Source: Chloracidobacterium sp. (GTDB taxonomy: Bacteria; Acidobacteriota; Blastocatellia; Pyrinomonadales; Pyrinomonadaceae). From it: 64,000 bases of DNA. The stretch's first letter is position 1. Each line of letters starts with the position of its first letter. Made by a program: the position numbers and the translations under genes. Under the pieces are notes generated by a model, which saw only the letters and a program-made list of their open reading frames with translations, made no database searches and was not told the origin of the DNA. The stretch lies in NCBI GenBank assembly GCA_016715795.1, contig JADJXP010000001.1, positions 261,705-325,704 on the forward strand, read 5' to 3'. Of this stretch, positions 39,653 through 50,000 are shown piece by piece.

Positions 39653-41458
39653 ATGAACCGCGACCGCATCAGGAATTTTTCGATCATTGCCCACATCGAT
39701 CATGGCAAATCGACGCTGGCCGACCGCATATTGCAGTTGACAGGTGCGGTATCCGAACGTGAGATGGAGGATCAGTTACTCGACGACATGGACCTCGAAC
39801 GCGAGCGCGGTATCACCATCAAGGCCCACGCCGTCAGGCTCGATTACAAGGCAAAGGACGGCAAGGATTACGTTCTCAACCTGATCGATACGCCGGGGCA
39901 TGTGGATTTTTCGTATGAGGTTTCGCGTTCGCTGTCGGCGTGCGAGGGTGCTTTGTTGGTGGTCGATGCCTCGCAGGGCGTCGAGGCACAGACGCTGGCG
40001 AATACGTATCTCGCCATCGAGAACGACCTTGAGTTGGTCCCTGTATTAAATAAGATCGACCTGCCGTCTGCCGAGCCAGACCGCATCAAGGAACAGATCG
40101 AGACGATCATCGGCCTCGATACGACGCACACAGTGCTCGCCTCCGCCAAGACTGGCGAAGGCGTCGGTGACATTATCGAGGAGCTGATCAAGGACATCCC
40201 GCCGCCTGAGGGCGACGCTACGGCGCCGCTGAAGGCGTTGATATTCGACAGTTGGTACGATTCGTATCGCGGCGTGATCGTGCTGTTTCGCGTGATCGAC
40301 GGTGTGATAAAGAAGGGCATGAAGCTGCGCTTCTTTAATACCGGCCGCGAGTATCTGGTTGAAACGATTGGAGTTAACCGTCCAAAGGCGACGCCGATCA
40401 CCGAGCTTGGACCCGGCGAGGTGGGCTTTCTTACCGCGTCGATCAAGACCGTTGCAGACGTTCAGATCGGCGACACGATCACGGACGCCGCAAGGCCCGC
40501 GAGCGAACCGCTGCCCGGATTCCAGGAAGTCAAGCCGATGGTGTTTGCCGGGCTGTACCCGACCGATTCGGCGCAATACGAGGATCTGCGCGACGCGATG
40601 GACAAGCTCCGGCTTAACGACGCGTCGTTCTTTTACGAGCCGGAATCGTCGACGGCGTTGGGCTTCGGGTTCCGCTGCGGCTTTCTCGGGCTGCTCCATA
40701 TGGAGATCATTCAGGAGCGGCTTGAGCGAGAGTTCAATCTGGAATTGATCACGACGGCGCCGGGCGTTCGTTACCGCGTGACGACGACCGACAACGCCGT
40801 TCACGAGATCGACAGTCCGTCGCAGATGCCCGAGCCGGGCCGCATTTTGAAGATCGAGGAACCGTATATCGAGGCGACGATCCTGACGAATGACGAGTTT
40901 CTCGGCGGTATTCTGCCGTTGCTCGATGAGAAGCGCGGTGTGCAGAAGAGGTTTGAGTACGTGACCAAGGACCGCGTGATGCTAGTCTATGAGCTGCCGT
41001 TGAACGAGATCGTGCTAGATTTTTACGACCGGTTAAAGAGCGTCTCGCGCGGCTACGCGTCACTCGATTATCACCTGTCCGGCTACAGTGAATCGAAGCT
41101 CGTCAAGCTCGACATTCTCGTATCGGGCGAGCCGGTGGACGCCTTATCCCTTATTCTGCATACAGATACGGCCGCGGCAAAAGGCCGCCTACTAACCGCG
41201 AAGATGAAAGAACTCATCCCGAGGCAGCTATTCGAAGTTCCCATCCAGGCAGCGATCGGCAACAAGGTCATCGCCCGCGAGACCGTCAAGGCCATGGGCA
41301 AAAACGTCATCGCTAAATGCTACGGCGGCGACATCTCGCGCAAACGCAAGCTGCTCGAAAAGCAAAAAGAAGGCAAAAAGCGAATGAAAAAGGTCGGACG
41401 TGTGGAGATACCGCAGGAGGCATTCCTCGCGGTGCTAAAGGTGAATGAAGGATCATGA
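39653..41458 (+). CDS. lepA: Elongation factor 4 (LepA)
   Basis: [25 protein letters not shown]...DTPGHVDF...NKID, and the C-terminal LepA-specific domain ending in ...[12 protein letters not shown]. The start is taken at 39653. Confidence 0.95.
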   Translation: MNRDRIRNFSIIAHIDHGKSTLADRILQLTGAVSEREMEDQLLDDMDLERERGITIKAHAVRLDYKAKDGKDYVLNLIDTPGHVDFSYEVSRSLSACEGALLVVDASQGVEAQTLANTYLAIENDLELVPVLNKIDLPSAEPDRIKEQIETIIGLDTTHTVLASAKTGEGVGDIIEELIKDIPPPEGDATAPLKALIFDSWYDSYRGVIVLFRVIDGVIKKGMKLRFFNTGREYLVETIGVNRPKATPITELGPGEVGFLTASIKTVADVQIGDTITDAARPASEPLPGFQEVKPMVFAGLYPTDSAQYEDLRDAMDKLRLNDASFFYEPESSTALGFGFRCGFLGLLHMEIIQERLEREFNLELITTAPGVRYRVTTTDNAVHEIDSPSQMPEPGRILKIEEPYIEATILTNDEFLGGILPLLDEKRGVQKRFEYVTKDRVMLVYELPLNEIVLDFYDRLKSVSRGYASLDYHLSGYSESKLVKLDILVSGEPVDALSLILHTDTAAAKGRLLTAKMKELIPRQLFEVPIQAAIGNKVIARETVKAMGKNVIAKCYGGDISRKRKLLEKQKEGKKRMKKVGRVEIPQEAFLAVLKVNEGS

Positions 41459-43099
41459 CGCGCTCGCGTAAACCGAGGCGTCGATCTCGCTGAAGATGTT
41501 GTCTCGTGATTCGATCTCGGTAAGAAGTTCATCATCAACCTGACCTGAGTCCAGCATCTTCGCCAGCATATCGAACCGCTGAATGTGCGATTGGAATCGG
41601 CGTGACGAGTATTGCACGGTGGTGCCTTGATATATCTGGAATGCCCAGTCCGACGATTGGGCGAGCAGGAGTTCGCGGGCGGCCTGATTCAAAAGCCGAG
41701 TTCCAGATTCCAAGTCCCAGATTCCAGATTCTTTGTTCGAAATTTGAAATCTGGAATCTGAAATTTGAAATTGCTTCGCGAGTTCGGTCATTCGCCGTTC
41801 CGCGTCGTGCTGATACGGGTACATCCACGAATTTCCTTCGTTTATCCAAACTTTGTAATAGCCGCTCTCGCCCCAGCTTGAGGCGGTCGGGCGTTGTTCC
41901 TGGATCGATAGGCCGGCGTCGAGAAAATCGCCGGGCGTGACGCACGCGATCTCGTCCTGGTCGAAGTGCATCTTCTTGAAGAAGAAGTCGAGAAACTGTG
42001 GCCCCTCATACCACCAATGGCCGTAAAGCTCTGCATCATAGGGGCTTATGACTAGCGGCGGATGGCCTTCAAACGTCTCACGTAGCTGGTGTGCCTGCTT
42101 GATGCGCTCATTGATAAAGTTCGATGCGTTTTCAGCCGCCTTGTCGCGCGCAAGCGCGGGAATGTACGGCTCCTTGCGGTTTTGCGGCACGTCGCGGCCT
42201 GTGATGCGGTGGTATTTCAGGCCGAGGTGGCGGCGTTCGCCGGACGAGTGCAGGTGCGGTTTGACGTATTCGTAATCCGCGTCCCAGCCGATGTCACGGT
42301 AGAACTCGCGATACAGGGCGTTGCCCGGATAGCCGATCTCGGCCGACCAGACCTGCTGGCTCGTCTCGACGTCGCGGGCAAATACGGCGACGCCGTTCGG
42401 AGTGACAACCGGAGCGTGAACGCCATAACGCGGCCTCGGATCGCCGTAAAGGATCGCGTGCGTGTCGGAGATGAAGTATTCGATGCCGGCATCTTTTAAC
42501 AGGTCCTCGACGCCCGGCTCGTACGCACACTCGGCGAGCCAGATGCCGCGGGGCTGGCGGCCGAAGTGCTTTTTGTAATTCGTGACCGCGATCTCGACCT
42601 GCGCACGCCGCGATTCGCGGGTCGAGATGAGCGGCAAAAAGCCGTGCGTCGCGCAGCAGGTGATGACCTCGACGACGCCCTCGTCCTGCAGTTCGCGGAA
42701 TGCGTTGACGAGATTGCGTTTGTAGCGGTTGTTCCACAGCTCGAGCGAGGCGGTCAGGTTATCGACGTACATCTTTGCGACGTCGTGAAAGTTGGCGGCC
42801 TCGTTTCGCGTGCGGTGTTCCTCTTTGTGGGCGAGATCGATGAGGTTTTCGAGGTGGCGTGTGTAACGTTCCTGCAGCAGCGGGTCGGCGAGCATTTCAC
42901 ACAGCGGCGGCGAGACGTTCATGGCAAGCCGCGGCGACGCACCGGCCTCGTGCAGCGATTGAAAAATGAAAATTAGCGGAAGATAGACCTCGGTTATCGC
43001 CTCGTAGAGCCAGTCTTCCTCAAGGAATTCGGGATATTCGGGATGCCGGACAAACGGCAGATGGGCGTGGAGGATGAGGCTGAAATAACCGAGCGGCAT
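41453..43099 (-). CDS. GH57-family glycoside hydrolase (1,4-alpha-glucan branching enzyme type, with DUF1957-like C-terminus)
   Basis: The N-terminus [35 protein letters not shown] is characteristic of GH57 branching enzymes. Confidence 0.85.
   Translation of the reverse strand: MPLGYFSLILHAHLPFVRHPEYPEFLEEDWLYEAITEVYLPLIFIFQSLHEAGASPRLAMNVSPPLCEMLADPLLQERYTRHLENLIDLAHKEEHRTRNEAANFHDVAKMYVDNLTASLELWNNRYKRNLVNAFRELQDEGVVEVITCCATHGFLPLISTRESRRAQVEIAVTNYKKHFGRQPRGIWLAECAYEPGVEDLLKDAGIEYFISDTHAILYGDPRPRYGVHAPVVTPNGVAVFARDVETSQQVWSAEIGYPGNALYREFYRDIGWDADYEYVKPHLHSSGERRHLGLKYHRITGRDVPQNRKEPYIPALARDKAAENASNFINERIKQAHQLRETFEGHPPLVISPYDAELYGHWWYEGPQFLDFFFKKMHFDQDEIACVTPGDFLDAGLSIQEQRPTASSWGESGYYKVWINEGNSWMYPYQHDAERRMTELAKQFQISDSRFQISNKESGIWDLESGTRLLNQAARELLLAQSSDWAFQIYQGTTVQYSSRRFQSHIQRFDMLAKMLDSGQVDDELLTEIESRDNIFSEIDASVYASAS
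41696..41775. repeat. Heptad-word palindrome inside the GH57 coding sequence
   Basis: cagattccagatt (41718-41730) is the exact reverse complement of aatctggaatctg (41748-41760). The arms are tandem 7-mers, (CCAGATT)n and (TGAAATY)n. Translated, the element gives ...[25 protein letters not shown]... Confidence 0.85.
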
Positions 43100-43115
43100 T
43101 GCAGGTATATTAAAA

Positions 43116-43175
43116 CAGGATGGCGAGGATAGACAGGATAAACTATTAAATCCTGTCTATCCTGTCTAATCTGTT
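43116..43175. terminator. Word-repeat hairpin downstream of the DUF4912 gene
   Basis: acaggatggcgaggatagacaggat (43116-43140) faces atcctgtctatcctgtctaatctgt (43151-43175). The inner 13 nt pair perfectly. The arms are tandem 9-nt words (AGGATAGAC / ATCCTGTCT). Confidence 0.55.
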
Positions 43176-43183
43176 TGAAGAAA

Positions 43184-44413
43184 CTAGCCGACCGAGTGTG
43201 AACTGACCGGATTATATCGTGCCGACGTTACTCGTCGCGTTTTCAGCGTTTTGGGGAAATGCACGAGGCTCACGCCGTAGACCGCGGCTGAGAATTCCTC
43301 CTCGGTCCATTCGGCCTCGTCGATGTCGAAATGTTCCTTAAGTGCGACCTGCGCTTTGGCAGCTGTCAGCTTACCAACATTTGCCTGTAGAATCGCGAAT
43401 AACGCAGGGCCGACGCGCCATCGAATCTCCTCCAGCGTAAAGCCGCTTGCGAGGGCAAGCATCGCGTAGCGAATGTCATCGGCGGCGATGCCGTCGAGGG
43501 CATATTCACTCGTGCCGATGAATTTTGAGAACGCGATCTGCGAAGCGTTATCGGCCGTGATCGGATCGTCACCTGCCATAGCAACATCAAAGGCGTCGCG
43601 CGAAAATCCCGACACATCAAGCACCTCGGCAAATTTCGTGGCCGAAACTGTCCACCGCGAATCTGTAGAAGGCCGCGGACTTGGGCTGCGGCGCGGCGTC
43701 GCGATCGAGTTGGAGTACATGACTCTAAAATAAGGTCGATTCACCGCATAGAACCCGATCTCGGCCCGGTATTCGCCATCAGGCTCGACTGCGAACCACC
43801 AGTTACCCGTGCTGTCACAAGGGTTGATCTCTTCAGTCTCGCGCTTGAGGTCAACCAGTTTTACAACCAGGGCGTAACTGCCGAGATCATCACCGAATAT
43901 TCGTTTCAGCTGATGCCATGGGTTGTCCTTCAGCGACCAATAAAAATAGAGCCGCGTTGGCGACTGCATTAGCAGCCGTGCACGATTCTCGCGATCAAGT
44001 TCAGGAAGGGAAACGTCTGAAAGGGCCTTAAACGCCGGTGAAAGTTCAACTTCCGGTTCCACCGAAACAAGCTCGGATGTGAGTTCGAGATCAGCCTTTG
44101 CTCGCTTCGCCGCTTTCTTCCGGACCGGTTTTGTACTGGCCATCTTAGGGCCATCCGCAGTCGATTGGCCCGTCCCTTCCGCCTTTTTCCTCCTCGACGC
44201 TTTTTTTACCTGCGATGTCGCAACGGCAACCTCTGCGAAGGCGTCTGCCGAAGGCTCAGTCGTCTTCTTCGAGGAGCGAGTGTTCCGCTTCCTAACGACT
44301 TTCGGCGGCATCGCTGATCCGACAACACGTGGATCGACAACGTCTGCGAACGGATCGGTTACGGTCGTTCTCTGCTTAGGTACCTTCCTTTTTGTAACTC
44401 CCTCTTTTGCCAC
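43184..44413 (-). CDS. DUF4912-like protein with basic, disordered N-terminus
   Basis: Core sequence LLMQSPTRLYFYWSLKDNPWHQLKRIFGDD...WWFAVEPDGEYRAEIGFY resembles DUF4912. It lies immediately upstream of the GH57 gene on the same strand. Confidence 0.55.
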   Translation of the reverse strand: MAKEGVTKRKVPKQRTTVTDPFADVVDPRVVGSAMPPKVVRKRNTRSSKKTTEPSADAFAEVAVATSQVKKASRRKKAEGTGQSTADGPKMASTKPVRKKAAKRAKADLELTSELVSVEPEVELSPAFKALSDVSLPELDRENRARLLMQSPTRLYFYWSLKDNPWHQLKRIFGDDLGSYALVVKLVDLKRETEEINPCDSTGNWWFAVEPDGEYRAEIGFYAVNRPYFRVMYSNSIATPRRSPSPRPSTDSRWTVSATKFAEVLDVSGFSRDAFDVAMAGDDPITADNASQIAFSKFIGTSEYALDGIAADDIRYAMLALASGFTLEEIRWRVGPALFAILQANVGKLTAAKAQVALKEHFDIDEAEWTEEEFSAAVYGVSLVHFPKTLKTRRVTSARYNPVSSHSVG

Positions 44414-44418
44414 GTCAT

Positions 44419-44438
44419 TAAAAAGCGGTCAAAACCGC
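44419..44438 (-). terminator. Weak rho-independent terminator
   Basis: On the minus strand: GCGGT-TTTG-ACCGC followed by a T5 run, downstream of the 44515..45396 gene. Confidence 0.3.
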
Positions 44439-44514
44439 AAACAATTAGTATGCGGCTTTTCTGACCGGCTGACAAGGTGAGCACGTTGGCAGAGGTGGGC
44501 AGATGTGGCGAGGT

Positions 44515-45396
44515 TCAATCTTTCTTGTATGACTCGAGCTTAATGTTTACCTTGCCGAACTGAGTGGTGACCTCAGCTCGGACAGGAACATGCCGTGGAT
44601 CATCCGTCAACCAAATGACCATTTTGCCCTTTTGCTCGATCAGGCGTCCGGGGCCGAATATGTCAGGCTCGACACGTAGGCAGGTGACCTTGCCGAATGT
44701 CGCAGTTGGTTGGCGCTCACGCTTTGTCACGGCAAATGGGACGCTGTATACAAGGCCCGAATCACTGACGTCAAACCTGCCTCGCGTACCGACATCGAGC
44801 GGCATCAAGCGCACTGCGTAGATAGCGGAGACCATGTCCAGAACGTCGGGAGCGATCTCTGACGCAATTCGGCGTGGCGGCCGCGTCGCATCCTTAGGGT
44901 CGGTCTCGACATACGTGACGCTGCGAGCCCCGTAGTCGAATACCGCCTCGCTGTCGCGGACCCGCTGTTTCTGGACGTCGTGTTTTGTCGTTTTCAGTAT
45001 TCGGAAATCACCCATCGACAACAGCGATTCGTACTCCTGAACAAAGCTGAAACGGAGCAATTTCAAGAGGGTGCCCTGCGAAACAGCCTCGCCGCGAATG
45101 ACCAGCCGCCCGGTATCGGGTTGCGCGGTCGTCTTGAACACAAGGTCAGCGATAGACCAGCCGATCTTGAGTCGGCTGAGTTTCCCATCATATGTCAGTG
45201 TCTCGCCAACAAACATCTGCCCCGACCCACGACCCGTTTGGGCCAAGGGCTGAGCATGTGCATCCACACCGGCAATAATCAGGAGCGCGGCAAGGACAAA
45301 ACCCAAGCGAAGCACTTTCGGAACCGGTTTACGACAAGACATATGCCTTAACAGCGAGCAAGGCGAAAGCGAGGGCCGCACCAATAGCCGCCTCAT
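44515..45396 (-). CDS. Exported protein, DUF3108-like
   Basis: Signal peptide (LAALLIIAGVDAHAQ). The pattern is beta-rich (GETLTYDGKLSRLKIGWSIADLVFK...). The family assignment is from memory only. The start may be MSCRK at 45342. Confidence 0.45.
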   Translation of the reverse strand: MRRLLVRPSLSPCSLLRHMSCRKPVPKVLRLGFVLAALLIIAGVDAHAQPLAQTGRGSGQMFVGETLTYDGKLSRLKIGWSIADLVFKTTAQPDTGRLVIRGEAVSQGTLLKLLRFSFVQEYESLLSMGDFRILKTTKHDVQKQRVRDSEAVFDYGARSVTYVETDPKDATRPPRRIASEIAPDVLDMVSAIYAVRLMPLDVGTRGRFDVSDSGLVYSVPFAVTKRERQPTATFGKVTCLRVEPDIFGPGRLIEQKGKMVIWLTDDPRHVPVRAEVTTQFGKVNIKLESYKKD

Positions 45397-45868
45397 ACTC
45401 GCGATGCTTCAAGTATAGACCACTTTCCCATTCGATGCTCTTACGACGCCAGGGCGTGAAGCGGGGAATGAACATCGGCACATGATTTGAGTACTCGTTG
45501 TATTCGGAACCGAACATCTCACGCATATCGTCTGCTTCGATTCTCATTACGGGCAAATAGAGGCCTAGAAACAGCGCGGCAAATACAACGGCGAGCCACC
45601 ATACACCGGTCGCTATTGAAAATCCGGCACCTATCAGGAAGCTGCCTACATAGAGTGGATTTCTTGTATATGCATAAGGTCCCGTCGAGGCTAATTCCCG
45701 CGCCTTGCGGATATGACCTGATGCCCATGCCCGAATGGCTAGCCCGATGGCCGTTATGCCGCCGCCGATCACGATGCTCATCGTCGTCGGATCGGCAAAT
45801 ACCATAAACACGACAGCAAAGATCAGACCGAGCGGAACGCGGATCCGTTGGAGGGTGCGTTTATTCAT
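45329..45868 (-). CDS. Isoprenylcysteine carboxyl methyltransferase (ICMT)/phospholipid methyltransferase-family membrane protein
   Basis: Multi-TM protein with the motif GPYAYTRNPLYVGSFLIGAG. Confidence 0.7.
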   Translation of the reverse strand: MNKRTLQRIRVPLGLIFAVVFMVFADPTTMSIVIGGGITAIGLAIRAWASGHIRKARELASTGPYAYTRNPLYVGSFLIGAGFSIATGVWWLAVVFAALFLGLYLPVMRIEADDMREMFGSEYNEYSNHVPMFIPRFTPWRRKSIEWESGLYLKHREYEAAIGAALAFALLAVKAYVLS

Positions 45869-46983
45869 CGAAGACTCGTGTTAGTAGCAAGGCTCTTGCC
45901 GACCGCATCAAGCACAACATCGACCCCGATGTCCATACATATCCATTTGCCGCATGTGCGGCGATGGCAATCGACGCGGCAGGCTATGTCATTACGTTCG
46001 ATGCAGATGTCGTCGGGGTTCAGACTGCCATTCCGCCACCATTCTGTGGGGCCGAACAGACCTACAACGGGCGTCCCGGCGGCGACCGCCAAGTGGGTCG
46101 GGCCCGTGTCGCCGCCGACATATAGCTTCGCAAGCTTCGCCAATTCATAAAAGCCCTTGAGGCTTAGTTTTGCATTGACCAGCTTGCCCGACGTGCTCTT
46201 CTCAGTAGCCCTCTCTGCCAAACCGTCCTCGTTCGGCCCTGTCGTGACGACAGAGGTCAACCTGTGTTCGAGCCACAGCCTATCGGCCAAAGTCCCGAAA
46301 TTCTCCGCAGGCCATAGTTTCGTAACCCAGCCTCCGCCGGGATTGAGTATCGCAAAGTCGCCGTCTGTTTGTCGCGCGACGGCATCTGCTTCGGCCCTGT
46401 TCTCGTCATTTGTTGCGATCGGAAAGTCCAGATCCGTATCCGCCATTTCAATCCCAAGAGCACCAGCCAGGAGGGCGAGATTCTTGCGGATTACGTGGAC
46501 GTGCTTCGGGACCGCAACGGTATCGGTCAGAAAATAGCGACCCGCGGGCTCGCGTAAGCTCTCGCGAGCAAAGCCCCATCGCCGCGGCGCACCGGACAGC
46601 CGAGCAATTACTGCGGACTTGAGTAGGCCCTGAAAGTCGATCGCTACATCGAACGTATATTCGCGCAGCTTTCTGATCTGCCTGCCGGTATCAAGGAATA
46701 TCTCTTCGATGATCTTGCCGCCCCGCAATGATCGCGTGTCGACCTCGATCAGGTTATCAATCAACGGATTGCCGCGAAGTATCTCGGCCGATCTCTCCTC
46801 AACGACCCAAGATATCTCGGCATTCGGCAATGCCCGCCGCATCGCCGACAACGACGGTAGCGTGTGGATTATATCGCCTATCGAGCCAAGTTTTACGATC
46901 AGAACTCGCACAAGGCTATATGTTAATTGCCCGACAACTTTTTTACACGCCGTGGCGCATTTCTGAGCCATTTCCTGTCTCAT
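45865..46983 (-). CDS. Glycosyltransferase family 9 (LPS heptosyltransferase-like)
   Basis: RVLIVKLGSIGDIIHTLPSLSAMRRALP...GGDTGPTHLAVAAGTPVVGLFGPT. The stop overlaps the start of the ICMT-like gene. Confidence 0.8.
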   Translation of the reverse strand: MRQEMAQKCATACKKVVGQLTYSLVRVLIVKLGSIGDIIHTLPSLSAMRRALPNAEISWVVEERSAEILRGNPLIDNLIEVDTRSLRGGKIIEEIFLDTGRQIRKLREYTFDVAIDFQGLLKSAVIARLSGAPRRWGFARESLREPAGRYFLTDTVAVPKHVHVIRKNLALLAGALGIEMADTDLDFPIATNDENRAEADAVARQTDGDFAILNPGGGWVTKLWPAENFGTLADRLWLEHRLTSVVTTGPNEDGLAERATEKSTSGKLVNAKLSLKGFYELAKLAKLYVGGDTGPTHLAVAAGTPVVGLFGPTEWWRNGSLNPDDICIERNDIACRVDCHRRTCGKWICMDIGVDVVLDAVGKSLATNTSLR

Positions 46984-47061
46984 TTTCGCCTTGTAGACTG
47001 AATGAGAAAGGTCTACTCTGCCCGAAGAGGATCTTGCTCGCTTTCAGGAGGTTGATGAGGT

Positions 47062-50000
47062 ATGAAAGGCATTGTCAAGGCAACGTTCAAAAACAGCTAT
47101 GGGGTCGCCGCAATTGCCCTGTTTACAGTGCTTTCGGCATCAGCCCTTGCCGCTTCAACAAACACCATGCCGAGCGCCATGTCGCTCGAGGCGATCACCT
47201 CATTCCTCGGCCTCACCGCGCCCGATCTCTCGTCCGAAGCCCCATCTGCATGCACGACCCCCAGCTTTGGGACCGCGACGGTCTATGGTCCGGCTCCGAA
47301 CGCGATCGGCGAGGTCGTAGCGGATTTCAACAACGACGGGAATCCTGACGTTGCCGCATCGTTGCTCAATGCGAGCTCCGTCGCTCTTTTTCTCGGGAAC
47401 GGGAGTGGCGAGCTCGGATCGCCCACCACGTTTGCGGTTGCGAGCCAGGCGCGTTCTATGGTCACGGGTGACTTTAATCAGGACGGCAATGCGGACATAG
47501 CAACGGCAAACAACCATCCCTCGAATAGTGTTTCCGTCATATTGGGGAACGGAACCGGAGGTTTTGGGGCGGCGGCAAACTTTACCGCGGTCAACCCCGA
47601 TTCTATCACCGTGGTGGATCTTAACCTTGACGGCAAGGCCGATCTGGCCACCTTCGGCTCTAATACCATAAGTATACTGCTGGGAACTGGTACCGGAAGT
47701 TTTACGGTACAGTCTCCGTTCTTCCTGGGCGGTGGGATTGGTGGCATTGCATCGGGCGACATTAACCTGGACGGCAAGCCCGATCTGGTCACCGCAAATC
47801 AGGGATCTTCGGTCTCTCTGCTTTTGGGCAATGGCATGGGCGGATTCGGTGCGCCATCGCACACTTCGGTAGGTATCCCACTGACATCCGTCGCCATTGG
47901 TGACGTAAATCTCGACAACAAACCGGACTTGGTCGCGGGCAGCATAGGAAATAATCTGTTCGTCCTGATCGGCAACGGCGTCGGTGGATTCACGGCCGGC
48001 CCTAATGTACAGGTGGGATTCGCGCAGACGTCAGTAACCCTAAACGACTTCAACGGCGACGGAAAACTCGATCTGGCTGCGACCGGGAACCTTGATGACG
48101 CCATTGCTGTAGCGTTCGGCAATGGGAATGGCAGTTTCGGTACATCAGCCAGTTTCGGGACCGGCAGAGACAATCCGCTGACCGTCGTTGCAGGCGACCT
48201 CAACGGTGACCGTAGGCCGGACCTCGCGGCGACGAATTATACATCTGGGAACATTTCCGTTTTGCTCAATACGTGTGCCGCCGCTACGCCGACGCCGACG
48301 CCATCGCCAAGCTGCCCGCCGGCCGGTTCGCTTGATACGACGTTTGACGGTGATGGCAAGGTCACTACGTCATTTGGCAACATTGACCGCGGAGCAGGGC
48401 TCGCTCTTCAAGGTGACAGCCGCATCGTGACCGTTGGCTCAACCTGGAACGGGACCGACTATGATTTTGGACTGACACGTCATAATCCTGACGGCAGCCT
48501 CGACACGTCATTCGACTCTGACGGTAGGGTCGTCACTCAATTTAGTGGTGGCGCCGATCATGGAGATGCGGTAGCAATCCAGTCGGACGGCCGAATCGTT
48601 GTAGTGGGCATCGCGTCGTCGCCGGGATTTCATTTTGGCATAGCTCGTTACAATACTGACGGTAGCCTTGATACGTCCTTCAACGGGTCTGGGAAGGTCA
48701 TCACGGTGATCGGCAGCACGGATATCGCTTCATCTGTCGCCATTCAAGCTGACGGGAAGATAGTCGTCGGTGGTGGCTGTACCGATACAAACTACGATTT
48801 TTGCGTTGTACGCTACAACACGGATGGCTCGCTCGACACGACCTTTAACGGAACGGGAATCGTCCGGACACCGATAGGGCCCGCAGGCGAACTCATCCAA
48901 TCCATCGCGGTACAGTCCGATGGCAAGATAGTTGCGGCGGGTTACGTGCCGCGGACCCTGGCTGCCGGCGGCCCGATCGATTTTGGGGTTGTTCGATACA
49001 ACACGAACGGAACACTCGACACGACGTTTGGCGGAACTGGAAAAGTCGTTACGCCTATCGGCTTTTCCGCCGAGGCATATGGGCTCGGCATTCAGTCTGA
49101 TGGGAAGATCGTCGTCGGTGGGTCGAGCTCGAGCGGCTTAGGCATCGGTTCGGATTTTGCACTTGCACGCTATCACACCGATGGATCGTTGGACACGACA
49201 CTCAACGGAACCGGTACTGTGGTGACGCCGATAGGTCCGGGCTCGGAACGGGACATTGCGTACGATCTGGCCATCCAGCCCGACGGTAAGATAGTTCTGG
49301 TCGGTGACGTCTCTGACATCGTGTCAGCGTCAGACTTTGCTGTTGCGAGATATCTGCCGAACGGTTCCCTGGATACGTCGTTTAATGGAACCGGAAAAGT
49401 CATAACACCGATCCAGACCGTCAACGACATCGCGTACGGTGTCGCCATCCAATCCGACGGCCGGATCGTTGTCAGCGGGATGACATCGACCGGACTGGAT
49501 GACGATTTCGCGTTGGTCAGGTACAACGGTTCGTCGTCTTGCGCGTCGCCGACACCGACGCAAACACCGACCCCAACGCCAAGTCCGAGCCCGACGTGCC
49601 AGCCTGCCCCGAGCGGCATGTTCGCTTGGTATAAGGGCGAAGGGAATGCGAATGACAGCGCTGGAGCGAGTCACGGTACTCTCCAGAACGGGACGGCATT
49701 TACCGCGGGGCAAGTTGGACAGGCGTTTAGTTTTGACGGTGTGGACGACCAGGTGGTCGTGCCTCATGCGGCAAATCAAAATGCCGGGAGCAATATCTCG
49801 ATCGCGGCGTGGATCAAGCAAGACACACTCGGGCACGGACGTTCGATCGCGCAAAAGCGCACTTCCGGCAACGTCGGAGGGTACGTGTTCGAAACGGTGC
49901 ATTCACCGTTCGGCGCTGACGGATCACTACAGTGGGTGATCATGATCGGCGGGGTTTACCAGCACCTTCAAACGCCGGCGAATGTCCTGCAAACGGGTGT

